NCBI GenBank assembly: GCA_951406725.2
Contig: OX597833.1
Span: 68,758,001-68,822,000 of the forward strand
Direction: 5' to 3'
DNA from: Octopus vulgaris
Taxonomy: Eukaryota
Length of the DNA: 64,000 nt
Part shown: positions 29,531 to 42,845 of the stretch, piece after piece
Numbering within the stretch: position 1 is the first letter of the stretch
Layout: every line of letters begins with the position of its first letter
Position numbers and translations under genes: made by a program
The notes under the pieces: model-generated
The model's database searches: none
Told to the model about the DNA's origin: nothing
Seen by the model: the letters and a program-made list of their open reading frames with translations, nothing else

Positions 29531-29955
29531 AGGCGCAGGAGTGGCTGTGTGGTAAGTAGCTTGCTAACCAACCACATGGTTCCGGGTTCAGTCCCATTGT
29601 GTGGCATCTTGGGCAAGTGTCTTCTGCTATAGCCTCGGGCCGACCAATGCCTTGTGAGTGGATTTGGTAGACGGAAACTGAAAGAAGCATGTTCTATATA
29701 TGTATATATATATATATATGTATGTGTGTGTATATATGTTTGTGTGTCTGTGTTTATCCCTCTAGCATTACCTTACAACCGATGCTGGTGTGTTTACGTC
29801 CCCGTCACATAGCGGTTCGGAAAAAGAGACCGATAGAATAAGTACTGGGCTTACAAAGAATAAGTCCCGGGGTCGATTTGCTCGACTAAAGGCGGTGCTC
29901 CAGCATGGTCTCAGTCAAATGACTGAAACAAGTAAAATAGAAAGAGTAAAAGAGA
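29531..29955 (+). mobile_element. SINE family A full-length copy
   Basis: aggcgcaggagtggctgtgtgg head, ggttcagtccc B box, tail aagtaaaatagaaagagtaaaagag. Confidence 0.88.
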
Positions 29956-32447
29956 AGTAAAGAATTAATAAGTAATGCGTGTGTTCATTTGGCAAAACAA
30001 AAGGACCATCCAGAAATATAACATGTGTTCCGACTCATAATTTCACATTATGGGATATGCATACATTCATAGGCACACATAGAATTCATATTAGACGCGC
30101 ATACATACAGATATGTGTGTGCGTTCTACCTTTTACACAATACTCTTTATCAAGTAAAGAGTGAGAGAGAGAGAGAGAGAGAGATTGTGTGTGTGTGTGT
30201 GTGTTTGAAAGGAAAAGAAAGACGGATATATTGAGAAATTAGCGGGAAATAATCTACGTATGATTTTATGTTTCTCAGATATACTTGCACGAGTAAAATG
30301 TGTAAAGAAAACCGATCGCGTTTCAACAAATTGTTTAGTGTTCGTGTTTGCTTTACATTATTGGGTGACAAGTGTAAAGAGAGAGCTGTGTGATTTTTGG
30401 TGCTGAAGAATCCGATATCGATTATATTAGAATATGTACATTATTGATTTCTGAATTTCCTTTAGGGTTACATTATCTCCTTTTGGGTCTCGTAAATCGA
30501 TTAGAAGAAACGGAACACTACTGAAAATCAAATACGTTCAACATGTTATGAATAAATGGAGAACAATATTGCCGATTTAGGAATAAAAATAGATTAACCC
30601 TATCTCCAATGGATGAAAATATTTCAAGAAAATCTCCACTTTTTATTCCTCGTCCGCAAGGGGCTAATACTTTAACAGTCACGGGGAAAATTACTGGATT
30701 CGGTCAAAATTGTATAATGGAAGACAATCTTCTTATTCATTCAGAAAACGTCAAGTTTTATGCCGCAGCTGCGAAACAACTGAAAATATTGTGGCATAAA
30801 ATACATATAACTTAAGCAAGCTATACGAAACTGAGATTAGAATATGCGCCCGTTCATACTTAAAGAGAAGGAAATATCTGAATAATATTAATAACGGAAT
30901 AAATAAAAGAACAACGATAGAAGGAATAACCGAACATACGTTTACGAATACATTAGTATATTTATCTATACAAAGTATATCACCCTTGTTTCCAAATAGT
31001 TCAACATTATCCAGTCTTGATCTCTTGGCCTGTGTAGCTATGTACATCCAGGTTTGTCTTGTCTTTCTTTGACGTCGTTTTCTGTTGCTATTTTCTGATA
31101 TTGACATTACTAATCAGAAAATACCTGTATTTTCAACCCTGGAAATCTGTAATTTATTTTCTCACAAACTTTAGATATTCAGTTGTCCTGTTTCCATTCA
31201 TGTCTCAATCCACTTTCTCATTGTTTTTAATGCTAGGGCACTAATTCTGCGCCGCAGTCCAAATTCCTTTTGTTACAAGTTTGTTTTCTGTTTGTTAACA
31301 CTTATGTAAATTGACTTTGTTTATTTCTGCCCTCAAATTTCATCTGAGCTATTTTCATTGAAAAGAAGAAGTACCTTTCCATGCATTCGATTTGATATTG
31401 CATTCTGGTGTTCCTCAATACTTATATAAGTTTCTTCTAAACGCCTGTTGCTTTTTCTTCTGCCTTATAGTTTCTTCAGACTTACCGCTCTCTTTCATAA
31501 ATGTTAGTTTTCTTGAATACAGGGATCATTGTTCCTTTGTGGGTTTTTTCTTATTTGTTTTAAGAACGTAGCATCCATAGCAAACATAGTTTTGTCTACC
31601 CTCTGTATATTTCGCTGGTTTTATACTTTCATGAACCCTCCATCCCACTTATCCGTTGTAATTATAATATTCCTATGCGTGAAAGTGCGATATATTCTAA
31701 ATTGTAGCATCCATTTTGTAGTTTGGAAACAGATAGAAAATGAAGGGAGGTTAAAAAAATGTAGGTTTTTCAGTGCAATATTTTTTCTGTTTCTTTAAAC
31801 TTTCAAGATACAAATGGCTGCGAGTCAGTCAACCACACGTCGTCATAAACTCCGATTATCTAATTAAACATGCACACAAACAGCTTATTTTATACGCAAT
31901 AAATTAATCCGGAAGAACGGAATCTTTGCAATCCCAGGAGCCTTTTAATTGACTTTAATGGCATTTTATATGAATATTTCTTCATAGAAATAATTTTGTG
32001 TTGCTATCAAAATATATTGCAAGTAGAGATTGAATAGGTTTGAACTTGCTATGAATTTTGTTAAGATTTCTCGACACAGTTGATGTTAAATCACTACACT
32101 AAAAGAAGAAAAACGAGTCTATATGAAAATCAATCAATTTCATACAATTTAATTTTGCAGCGCTTCATCTATGTTACCTTAAATTCTTTCTCTTTTATTC
32201 GGTCTTATCTAACTTATTTTATTCAATAACTGTAGATACACACATAGATTTCATATATATATATATATATATAAAGTAGTTGAATGAATTATCTTATTAT
32301 GGATTATTCGGTTAACCGATACCTGGGTAGCAAATTCACGCCAGAAAAACACGGTTGAAGCTACATGCCAAGGGCAGAGATCACGTGCTTTCGTGTGGAA
32401 ATTTGTATGCTTTTTAAAGTTAATTCGTCGTTCAACTCCATTCTTTC

Positions 32448-32503
<56 letters not shown>

Positions 32504-32805
32504 GCTTGTATACACAGACACTCATACACATACATATATACAGAGAGAGAGAGAGAGAGAGAAGAGAAGCAAACAAAACCAGCCGTATTTAGTAGGCTGT
32601 GTTGAAAGTGGTGTTACATCCGTCCGTCTCCATTTTAAACTAAACAGTTGAGAGATCAAGTTATTACATATATGATAATAATATATATATATATACTAAA
32701 ATTGCAATAATCTAAGGCTGTTAAAAATTGATTGAAAACTTCTGCAATGATCCTCGTACATACGTGTTTCCTCAACATTATATGTATCTATTTCTATTCG
32801 TTCAG

Positions 32806-33093
32806 ATGAACCCACTGCTGAAATCGAAACAGATGTTATTTATTCCGGACCAGGCCACACACTCTCTATTATCTGCATGGTGGAAGGAAGTCCTACGCCC
32901 GATGTTAGCTGGTTCTTCAACGGTAATGCCATTACTGACTTTTCTGGAAGAACAACAAGGCTCAGCAAAGTGAAGAGCTCAAAAATTCAACACGAGTTGA
33001 CGATACGACCCCTGATTATTACTGATATGGGACAATATGAATGTTTAGCGAGCAATCGCTATGGCCAGTTTAACGATGCGGTTAATCTTACTG
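32806..33093 (+). CDS. Exon E; complete Ig3 (I-set)
   Basis: ttctattcgttcag / gtaaga; YEPTAEIETDVIYSGPGHTLSIICMVEGSPTPDVSWFFNG...DMGQYECLASNRYGQFNDAVNLT; phase 1-1; overlaps ORF 32877..33131. Confidence 0.94.
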
Positions 33094-33382
33094 GTAAGAA
33101 TTTACAAATTCTTTTCTATTTTATCTGTTAAAGAAGTGGAGTGCCTTAACTATTAAGAAAAGCTACAGTTTTGATGATTTTTCCTGTACATCTCACTACA
33201 TTGAGACACTTACACAGAAGGCCAACGTGCTAGAAATACCAGCAAAACTGTACTGAACTTGAAAACAGAGAAAAATACTTAGTACCGACTCAGACATGTC
33301 TTTGACAATTTAGCTTACGTCTCATTTTCACTTACGTCCCTACACACGTACAAACATACACATACGCTCACACAAATTGATA

Positions 33383-33600
33383 CTCTCTTTACTCTTTCAC
33401 TTGTTTCAGTCATTTGACTGCGGCCATGCTGGAGCACCGCCTTTAGTCGAGCAAATTGATCCCGGGACTTATTCTTTGTAAGCCCAGTACTTATTCTATC
33501 GGTCTCTTTTGCCGAACCGCTAGGTGACGGGGACATAAACACACCAGCGTCGGTTGTCAAGCAATGCTAGGGGGACAAACACAGACACACACACATATAA
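33383..33600 (-). mobile_element. SINE family A 3' half
   Basis: Matches the family A tail; ends at the internal microsatellite. Confidence 0.8.
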
Positions 33601-33632
33601 ATATATATACATATATACATACATGCAAATAT

Positions 33633-33862
33633 TTCTTTTTACTGCCCACAAGGGGCTAAACATAGAGGGGACAAACAAGGACAGACAAAGGGATTAAGTT
33701 GATTACATCAACCCCAGTGCGTAACTGGTACTTAATTTATCGACCCCGAAAGGATGAAAGGCAAAGTCGACCTCGGCGGAATTTGAACTCAGAACGTAAC
33801 GATAGACGAAATACCGCTAAGCATTTCGACCAGCGCGCTAACGCTTCTGCCGGCTCGCCGCC
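33633..33862 (-). mobile_element. SINE family B copy with TSD
   Basis: tacatacatgcaaatat repeated on both flanks. Confidence 0.87.
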
Positions 33863-33875
33863 TACATACATGCAA

Positions 33876-33913
<38 letters not shown>

Positions 33914-34329
33914 GTGTGTGTTAATTTTTGCTTTAATGCAGAAACAGTTTTGTGTTAATCTCATGGGTTATCCAATACATTTCGTAAAATACGGATTTAT
34001 CATTCTTAAATATTATTGAGAGTGACTTCGAAGTATCGGCCAGTTAAGCAATTGTCCGACGACCTAAGCATTTAATACATCATATGGAGAGATCGGCTGT
34101 GGATTATTTTTATTATATCCCACTTTATCAGAAATATTTGTTTTTTAAAGTAGCTTAGTAATTATTTATTTTCATTCTGATAAGTATCTTCTCGATACCA
34201 TCAATCGATTTTTTTTTGCAATTGATTTTTGTTACTATCGTACATTAATTGAACAAATTATTAAGTAAATGTTTTTGGAAGTTAGCAATTTTATATCTTA
34301 GCGATGTCGAACAAAATAACAGACTTTGA

Positions 34330-35330
34330 TAAAGATGGTGATATTGATGGAGATGGTTGTGATGTTGGTTAGAGTGGTGATGGTAATGATGATGATGATG
34401 ACGACGACAGGGATGTGACTGATGATGCTGTTGATTCTACTGTTGCTCTTGGTGATGCTGATGATGAACAGTACGAGGAGAGGAAAGTTACTAGTTTTGT
34501 ATTAATGATAATGCCGGGGAAAATGATTATGATGATAAAGACGATTGTAATGATGATCGTAATGATGATGATGATAATCTTGAAGATAGGGATCATAAAG
34601 ATGCAGCTTATATCGTGGTTGCTGCTACTGTTGATGTTAAGGTCTAGGGCTTAGGGGCGGAAGACCCCCAGACCTTGGAAAAAAAACTTTGGTCGTCTTG
34701 TTATAGTCGAGGGTTCTTCGTTGACGCCCGACCTCACTAGGAGGTGGCCCTTAAAGTCTCTGAAAATGGAAATCTCCAGCCCAATTTCTTGGACGGCTGC
34801 TGCTGCTGTTGCTGTTCATATAGGCAAGAGGGGGCAGGGAGAGGATCACCAGAAAATTTGTATTTTGCTACTGAGGATAATGGTGGTAATGTTGGCGACG
34901 GCGAGTGTAAAAATGATGCTGAGGATGATGACGATGAGAATGGAAACGATAATGCAGATGAGGGTGATACGAATGTAAGTTTTAAAAATGGTGCTGATAA
35001 GCATTTTGATGAAGATGTTAAGGATTTTGACGATCGCAATCACAGGCACGTTATACCTGAAGGCATTGCTACGATTGATAAGCGACCCCCCATCACCATC
35101 ACCACAACCACATGCAGGACAGTAGAGTTGATGACGTCGAAGATGACGACGCTAATGATACTGATGACGGAAGTGCCGACTATGCTATTAGTCGTATTGA
35201 TGACGATAATGATGAAAATATTGAGAACGCCGGTGGTGATGGAGAGAAGACAGAAGAGGATGAAGGTGATGTTGCTATGTTGCTAATGGGGATAATAGTT
35301 ATTAAGATAATGAATATGATGATGGTAATT
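34330..35330. repeat. Cryptic (GAT)n-derived low-complexity tract
   Basis: Degenerate gat/gac/ggt/aat triplets throughout. Confidence 0.8.
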
Positions 35331-35523
35331 TGCCTTCGAAATTCTCAATATTCGTCGTCAATGTTAAATCTTACCAACGGAGATAATACGTTTCCCATAT
35401 ATTACATTCACATCGATAGAAGAAACTAATATGATAATCTTCTTTTTAATCTACGTAAAGTGGTCTGAAGAGGGTTATAAAATTCGTATAGCAAACGTAT
35501 ATAAGTAGTTCGATTAACATGTC

Positions 35524-35556
<33 letters not shown>

Positions 35557-35561
35557 TATAT

Positions 35562-35604
<43 letters not shown>

Positions 35605-35861
35605 TATATATATATACACATATACATATACACACATATACATATATACACATATACATATACACACATATACATATACATATATATATACATATATATA
35701 TACACACATATACATATACACACATATACATATATATATATATATACACACATATACATATACACACATATACATATATATATATATACACATATATACA
35801 TATACACACATATACATATATATATATATATATATAGATAGATAGATAGATACACACACAC

Positions 35862-35902
<41 letters not shown>

Positions 35903-35925
35903 GATAGATAGATACACACACACAC

Positions 35926-35973
<48 letters not shown>
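35524..35973. repeat. Compound TA/CA microsatellite
   Basis: Direct inspection. Confidence 0.95.
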
Positions 35974-35975
<2 letters not shown>

Positions 35976-36530
35976 CAAGGACGCGTAAGTAGTCAGCTGA
36001 CGATTAGGGTATGAAGGAACGCATCAAATTATATGGAATATAATATGGAATATAAAGCAGCGATTAGATAAAGTGCAACGACATATGACAGCTGATGGAC
36101 GCTTCAAGGGAGCCTTTAATTTGAAGCAATCCAGCAATAAGTGCCTGTAAAAGGGAGTTTATTTCAATGGCGAAACTTAGTGATGTTGAGCATCTGTGTA
36201 CGCTCGTGCAATCAATATGGACGATATTAAGCGGCAGGAAAACATTCTTCGTGTAAATGGATTATTGGATATGTTTTAATGATATCTTGTAGTGTGAGAT
36301 CCATTTGCTGCAGCCCCTAGCGGAAATGATAATTTCATGCTTTAAGCAATAGGAAGTGTATGTATCTGTTCATGTTTGAAAATATATTATACATAGGTGA
36401 AGTGTGTGAGAAAATAATTATACAGGAAAATACAACCATGTATTGCAGATGTTGTTAAAAGGTTCACTTCGCTAACTTATTCTCTTTCATTTCCATGTGC
36501 CATATACATAAATAGACACACGTACGTGTA

Positions 36531-36590
<60 letters not shown>

Positions 36591-36682
36591 TGTATAAATA
36601 CATATATGTGCATGCAAAACTAATTTTATATATATACATACATGTAGCTCATCCAGTGAATCAAGCATCGCCTCTGTCGATT

Positions 36683-36876
36683 CATCATCATCATCATCAT
36701 CGTTTAACGTCCGTTCTCCATGCTACCATGGGTTGGACGGTTCGACCGGGGATCTGGGAAACCAGAAGGCTGCACCAGGCTCTAGTCTTATCTGGCAATG
36801 TTTCTACAGCTGGATGCCCTTCCTAACGCCAACCACTCCGTGCGTGTTTTGGGTGCTTTTTACGTGCCACCTGCAC
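36683..36876 (-). mobile_element. Short non-autonomous retroelement with (GAT)n tail, probably RTE-related
   Basis: Minus strand gttggcgttaggaagggcatccagctgtagaaac ... cgttaaacgatgatgatg; family assignment from recall, not searched. Confidence 0.5.
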
Positions 36877-37097
36877 ATATATATATATATATATAGGCGC
36901 AGTTGTTGCTGTGTGTTAATCCCACTCCGTGTTCAATCCCACTCCATGACATATTTGCTTCTTTTTATTCTACTATAGCCTCAGGCCGAACAAATCCTCA
37001 TTAGCAGATATCTATATGTATATATGTGTGTATGTGCTTGGACCACGGCGTCACTTGACGACCAATCTTCTCTGTGTGTGTGTGTGTGTGTGTGAAT

Positions 37098-37354
37098 ATT
37101 GGTTGCCTGATACTCTACTCAGATTTAAACATCACATAGGGAAAGGTGGAGACAGAATATAATACGATAGAGGTGCATTCAACAGGATGCATTTAATCAT
37201 CTGTGAAAAGCGTCGCTAACACCAGATAGCGACGCTTTTGTTTGGTCACAGATGATTAAATGCATCCTGTTGAATGCACCTCTATCGTATTATATTCTGT
37301 CTCCACCTTTCCCTATGTGATGTTTAAATCTGAGTAGAGTATCAGGCAATCAAT
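37098..37354. repeat. Long inverted repeat (104-bp perfect arms) with nested hairpin
   Basis: 37103-37206 is the reverse complement of 37246-37349; inner stem aaaagcgtcgcta/tagcgacgctttt. Confidence 0.95.
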
Positions 37355-38679
37355 CAGTAGGTTTCGGGTTCAGTCCCATTGTATGGCACCTTCGGCAAGT
37401 ATATTCAACTATGGCCTCAGGCCGACCAAAGCCTAATTTCTAAACCTGGTAGACGTCATATATATGTATATATATATACTTGTATATATGTATCTGTGTT
37501 AGGACTCCATCACTGCCTGAGAACCGGGGTTAATGCCTTGTAGGTTCCCTTGCATAGCGATTCGTTAAAAGGGATTGATTGAATAAGTAGCAGCCATTTA
37601 AAACCTAAGTATTAGGCTCAAATTATTCCCGTAAACTTTCTTCAGAGTGGTGCTCCTGTAGAACCACAGCCTAATGGCAAAATAAATGAGAGATAAAGCA
37701 TAAAACTCGATAAATAAGGCGTAATGGCTTCACGGAATACACTAAGGTCGTGTAGAACGTAGGTTTACAAATGCTTATTGAGTATTAAAAGTATTGTGTG
37801 TCCTGTCTGAATACTCGATAGACAGATCATATACTTCATTTCTCAGTAATAACGGCTTACATATGTGCAGAAACAGAAGACGTACAGAAAATACTCAGAA
37901 AAAAAGGAAAAGGAAAAAAGAACATCCATTTTATTTTCAGATAATGTCAGGGAAAAAAAAAAAAACGCTATTTGTTTAGTGATATTATTTCAGCATTTAC
38001 TCCTAGAAGTGCATTTTCGAAATAATAAGTATTGATTAAATTAGGAGAAGAGGATGAAAAAGAAAACCAAGAAAGAGAGCAACGCAATGGAAATAAAAAA
38101 AACAACAACAATCATTGATAAATATACTTTTGATAACAACGAAGAGGGGGATAAAAAAAAAAGAGAGAGAAACTCAACCCAGTCTGGATATAAACAGCTG
38201 TCATAAAATAAAAGAATATACAATGAAAAAGGGAAAAAAATAGCACATTTGTAGGAAAGTAAAGAAAAATATATGATAAACGTTTTCAGTAACGGAAATT
38301 GGCGCATATTACATGCCATGCAACCATTGTTGGATGTATATGCGTCTGCCTATATGCATAAAGCTTATGGGTGTGCGTGTGTGTGTATGTGTGTGTATAC
38401 TTACATATAAACACATATATATGTGTGAATGTATACCTACATATGAACACACATATATGCATATGGGTGTGTGTATATATACTTACATATATACACATTT
38501 ATATATATATATATATATAAGTATATACATATATATGTGCGTGTGCATGTACGTATATGCATGGAGAGGGATATTTATAGATATGTCTACATATATATAT
38601 ATATATTTATAAGTACATATATGCGTGCCTGTGCTTGTATGTATAGGCTTGCAGAGGGATATACATACAAACATACATC

Positions 38680-38725
<46 letters not shown>

Positions 38726-39946
38726 GTGTGTGTGTATATTAATCTACGTGTTATGAGTATGTGTGTGTGTGTGTTTGTGTCCGTAGGGGTGAGTATATGT
38801 GTAAATGTGTTATTGTGTTTCCAGAACTCCTGCGTTCACTTCATTATTGAATAAATACAAAAGAGAAACTAACACAAAAACACACATACACAGGCTCACA
38901 CACACACACGCACACACACACACACAAACACACACGCACGCACAGAAGCCACCCATCACGCCCTACACGCTCAGTCAGACAGACAGACCATACACAATAA
39001 ATTGAGAAATGCGATGTTATTTGATGTGGTTTCCAAGTATAATGATTTAGTGAGGGGAGTTTGAACTTTCTCTTCAATCTTTTTCTCCAGCTCTTTCGTT
39101 ATTTAGTTCCATATATTTCTATTCCATTATTAAACTTCGCTATGTTCATTTTTTTTTGTTGTTGATATTTTTTTTGTGTGTAAAGAAGAATATAATGGAT
39201 TTTTAATTCTCTTTACGAGAGTCGCTGAGAATATAGCATGACTTATAAATTGGTTTCAATCTCGTTTTCCTCGGTCAAGATGTGATATTTTTTGTTTTGT
39301 TTTTTTTTTTTGGTGATGTTGGGAAAAGAAACTTTGCTTTTAAGCCTCGAATTTCAGATCTGGTAAGGATATAAGCAGATAGCTTTATAAAGTCACTCTT
39401 CTTAACTACATACAAAATTAGCAAATGTTGTTTTAAATCAAAATGGAAGTGGTCAGTGCCACGCACACACAAAACATTAATTATTGTTTCTTTATTGTTA
39501 AGGCGTAGCAAAAACAAATTGACATTAAGCTAATAGTGCAATACGTCAGAAACTTCCTGGCTGAAACTTCGAGGTCACTATCACTTCTCTTTTTGTAAAC
39601 GTCTATGTGTGTGTGTGGTTGTGTCCTGTCTTGTTTGACAGATTTGTATACATTCGAACAAGACAAGGTAAAATGCTGCACAAATTATCTCAGGTGCCCA
39701 TGTTCATACAAACAACTTGGATATTAGCATATTATTTGGACATAATACCATCGCCGTAGCAAGATTTTCTACGTCATTACGCTACATCAACGATGTATGT
39801 TAACCCATCGTCTATGACCTCAAAGAACTGGTCGCTTTATATTACAAAAACAAATTATAGATTTGTTCATATATAAAGGATTCTCAAGCTGCAATATTTT
39901 AATTAAAGGCTCTGAATGAGGTATAAACAGTAGCTGCACGACAATA

Positions 39947-40160
39947 TGAAATATATTTGCCACTTAAATTTGGCTAACCACTAAGGGTGGATGCTACTGT
40001 AGCTAGTAGCTCCCGGAAAAGGATGGCTTCCCTTTGCAAATACTGACAGATCACAGAGGTGTGATAATAGCCAGCTGGAGAATATGTTCTCCTGGGACTA
40101 CAAGCTACAGCAGCATCCACCCTTAGTGGTTAGCCACATTTAGATGGCAAATATACTTCA
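39947..40160. mobile_element. MITE-like element with about 70-bp imperfect TIRs
   Basis: tggctaaccactaagggtggatgctactgtagct / agctacagcagcatccacccttagtggttagcca. Confidence 0.7.
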
Positions 40161-40859
40161 CATATATAATATATTTATTGAAAAAATATCTCCTCAAAAT
40201 ATAGTATACTAAACCAGTGAATCTTGGATAAAATATCCCTAGAAGAGGTTTAATAATCCTCATTATATATATATATATATATATACACGTATGCGTGTGT
40301 CCGTTTGAAATGTGTGCACGTGAGTGAGTATCAACTGACGCACACACGCACAAATATATAATCATATATATATATACACATTATGCGCGCCTCCCCCACC
40401 CAAAGAGTTATACATAAGATATATATCAACTCAGTGTATTGATATGCACTTAGATACTAAAACATATTAAACTAACAGATATGTTGATTGCGAATTTCAA
40501 TATGTTGTTATTTCTCATTACACGTAAAAAAAAGTGATCGCCCGCCATGTTTGATCACAATCACCTCTGCATTGCTTCATGTATTAAGTTTAGCAAATAT
40601 AAACACTTTTACTAGTTTTTGGTGAGATTTTTTTTAGTTCCTTGACATTACACTTATATTTTTGCATGACTTTACTGAAAATGAAAATCAGATTTTGTGT
40701 TAAATTGGAAACCAGCTTGGAGCTTATGTGAAATGTAATAGAATCTTTCTGTTAGTCTTTAAATATGACGTCTGGTAGATTACTAACACGCATGTACACA
40801 CACACACACATATATATAAATGCACGTGTGCGCTTCTGTGTGAATACATCCACAAATAT

Positions 40860-40899
<40 letters not shown>

Positions 40900-42076
40900 A
40901 TTCATATTTATGTAGACAATATTGTACTTGCCCTTAGCAGTTTATTATCAAGTGATCGTCACAAAGAAAATAGTATTAGTAAAAACCTACCGTTACAGCA
41001 ACAAGAACTACTAATACTACTACTATCGACAACAACATAGATGATCTGAAATTTTACACCAAAATATGTAAACACTGTGATTCTCCTGTTGTTCAAACAC
41101 TATGGAAATTTAGTGAATATATTTTTCTGCAGTTTGAGTTCAATAAGTGTGTTCTGTCTGTTATGAAGAGAATTCGAAAAAATATATATATGACGAAATA
41201 AGTCAGCGAAATACTTTAGCATTAAATCACAGATATAGGATAAAGGAAGCAAGCGCCGAGGCGGGGTTGCATAGGATATTAAAATAACAAGAAGTAAATT
41301 AACGTGGTATCGCTACATGTTAAAAGGTGTATTCTGGGAATAAAGTTAAGATCACCGAGATAATCAACATGCGACCCACGCAGTTTTGTGATTTTGAATA
41401 TTGCTCCATCAATGTGAGCTGACAAAAGCAATACATAAATGGAATATGAAAATATGAGGAGAACAAAAAGCTTTTACACAATCATATTCTTAACACAACC
41501 TGCGATGTAATATCGAAAAACATTATTTTGAAGACGGAAAAAAGCAAACTTTTCTTAAATCTATAAGGAACTATCGGTGCAGTGATTTTGGCTTTGAATA
41601 CCTATATTTTCCGACTGGGGAAAGATTCGGTAGAACTAGACAAGTCGCAGAAAGGGTCAGAGATTTTGTGATTAGAAAGAAAAATGGCTGAAGGAATAGC
41701 TGGAGAGAAAGAACTCACTATGTGGTCAATTCGAGTGATAAATCAAGTTTTTTTAAAGGGTAATAAATGCTGGCTGTGGCAGAGATATAGAGACCTGAAA
41801 TGATCGCTAATTAGAGCCTCCCATAAACAAGTTATTACTACAAATATAGTGAAGGGAAAAACTTGGCAAATCTCAGAGGGAAAAAAAGACGAAATTGCTT
41901 CTTTATATTCTAAACGACTGCAATAATGTAGCAAGCAAAATGTATAAACGTAGATCTGACTGCGTCATTGACAGGTTCAGAGGGATTGAAACGAAGATTG
42001 GGTTTGAAAGGGTCAAAATGTGGTATTAAAAGTAACCCGAGGCTAAGATCTTAAATGTGATAATAACAGAGTCTGA

Positions 42077-42235
42077 GCAGGAGCGGGTGTGTGGTAAGTA
42101 GCTTGCTAACCAGCCACATGGTTCTGGGTTCAGTCCCACTACGTGGCATCTTGGGCAAGTGTCTTCTGCTATAGCCCCGGGCCGACCAATGCCTTGTGAG
42201 TGGATTTGGTAGACGAAAACTGAAAGAAGCCTGTC

Positions 42236-42278
<43 letters not shown>

Positions 42279-42492
42279 TGTGTGTGTTTGTGCGTCTGTG
42301 TTTGTCCCCCTAGCAATGCTTGACAACCGATGCTGGTGTGTTTACGTTCCCGTCACCTAGCGGTTCGGCAAAAGTGACCGATAGAATAAGTACTGGGCTT
42401 ACAAAGAATAAGTCCCGGGGTCGATTTGCTCGACTAAAAGGCGGTGCTCCAGCATGGCCGCAGTCAAATGACTGAAACAAGTAAAAGAGTAA
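42077..42492 (+). mobile_element. SINE family A copy
   Basis: High identity to 29531-29955. Confidence 0.87.
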
Positions 42493-42569
42493 AGCTGTTG
42501 AAGTATGTTGACTAAGTAAGATCTTGCCAAGACAGAGAAAAATATTTATAGTATTAGTATGCCATATGT

Positions 42570-42845
42570 CCATGTGTGTAGTGGTTAAGAGCGCGGACTA
42601 CTGACCACAAGATTCCGAGTTCGATTCCAGGCAGTGACTTGAATAATAATACCAATAAGAAGATCATCGTAAAATACCTTAGGAATGAGAACACAGGTTC
42701 GACATTTCTGCAAGACACCTGATGAAGACTTGGGGTATATCAGCCGAAACGTTGTGTTAACAAGAAACAACATCAGGACATATATCCCTCAAATGTAAAT
42801 AATGTAAATAAGGTACATAATTCCTCATCTCTTAAATATAGAAGA
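42570..42845 (+). mobile_element. tRNA-headed SINE-like element (family D) with hammerhead-like tail
   Basis: A box tgtgtagtggtt, B box gagttcgattcc (42617-42628), then ctgatga...gaaacgtt motif. Confidence 0.65.
42714..42758 (+). ncRNA. Minimal type I hammerhead ribozyme motif (Penelope-type)
   Basis: ACAC-CTGATGA-A-GACT..AGCC-GAAACGT-T-GTGT; stem I ACAC/GTGT; palindromic AACGTT in place of stem III; one stem II mismatch. Confidence 0.55.

Noticed and set aside
34744-35429. Acidic D/E/N-rich ORFs
   Set aside because: Cryptic GAT repeat, frames shift, no supportive splice sites
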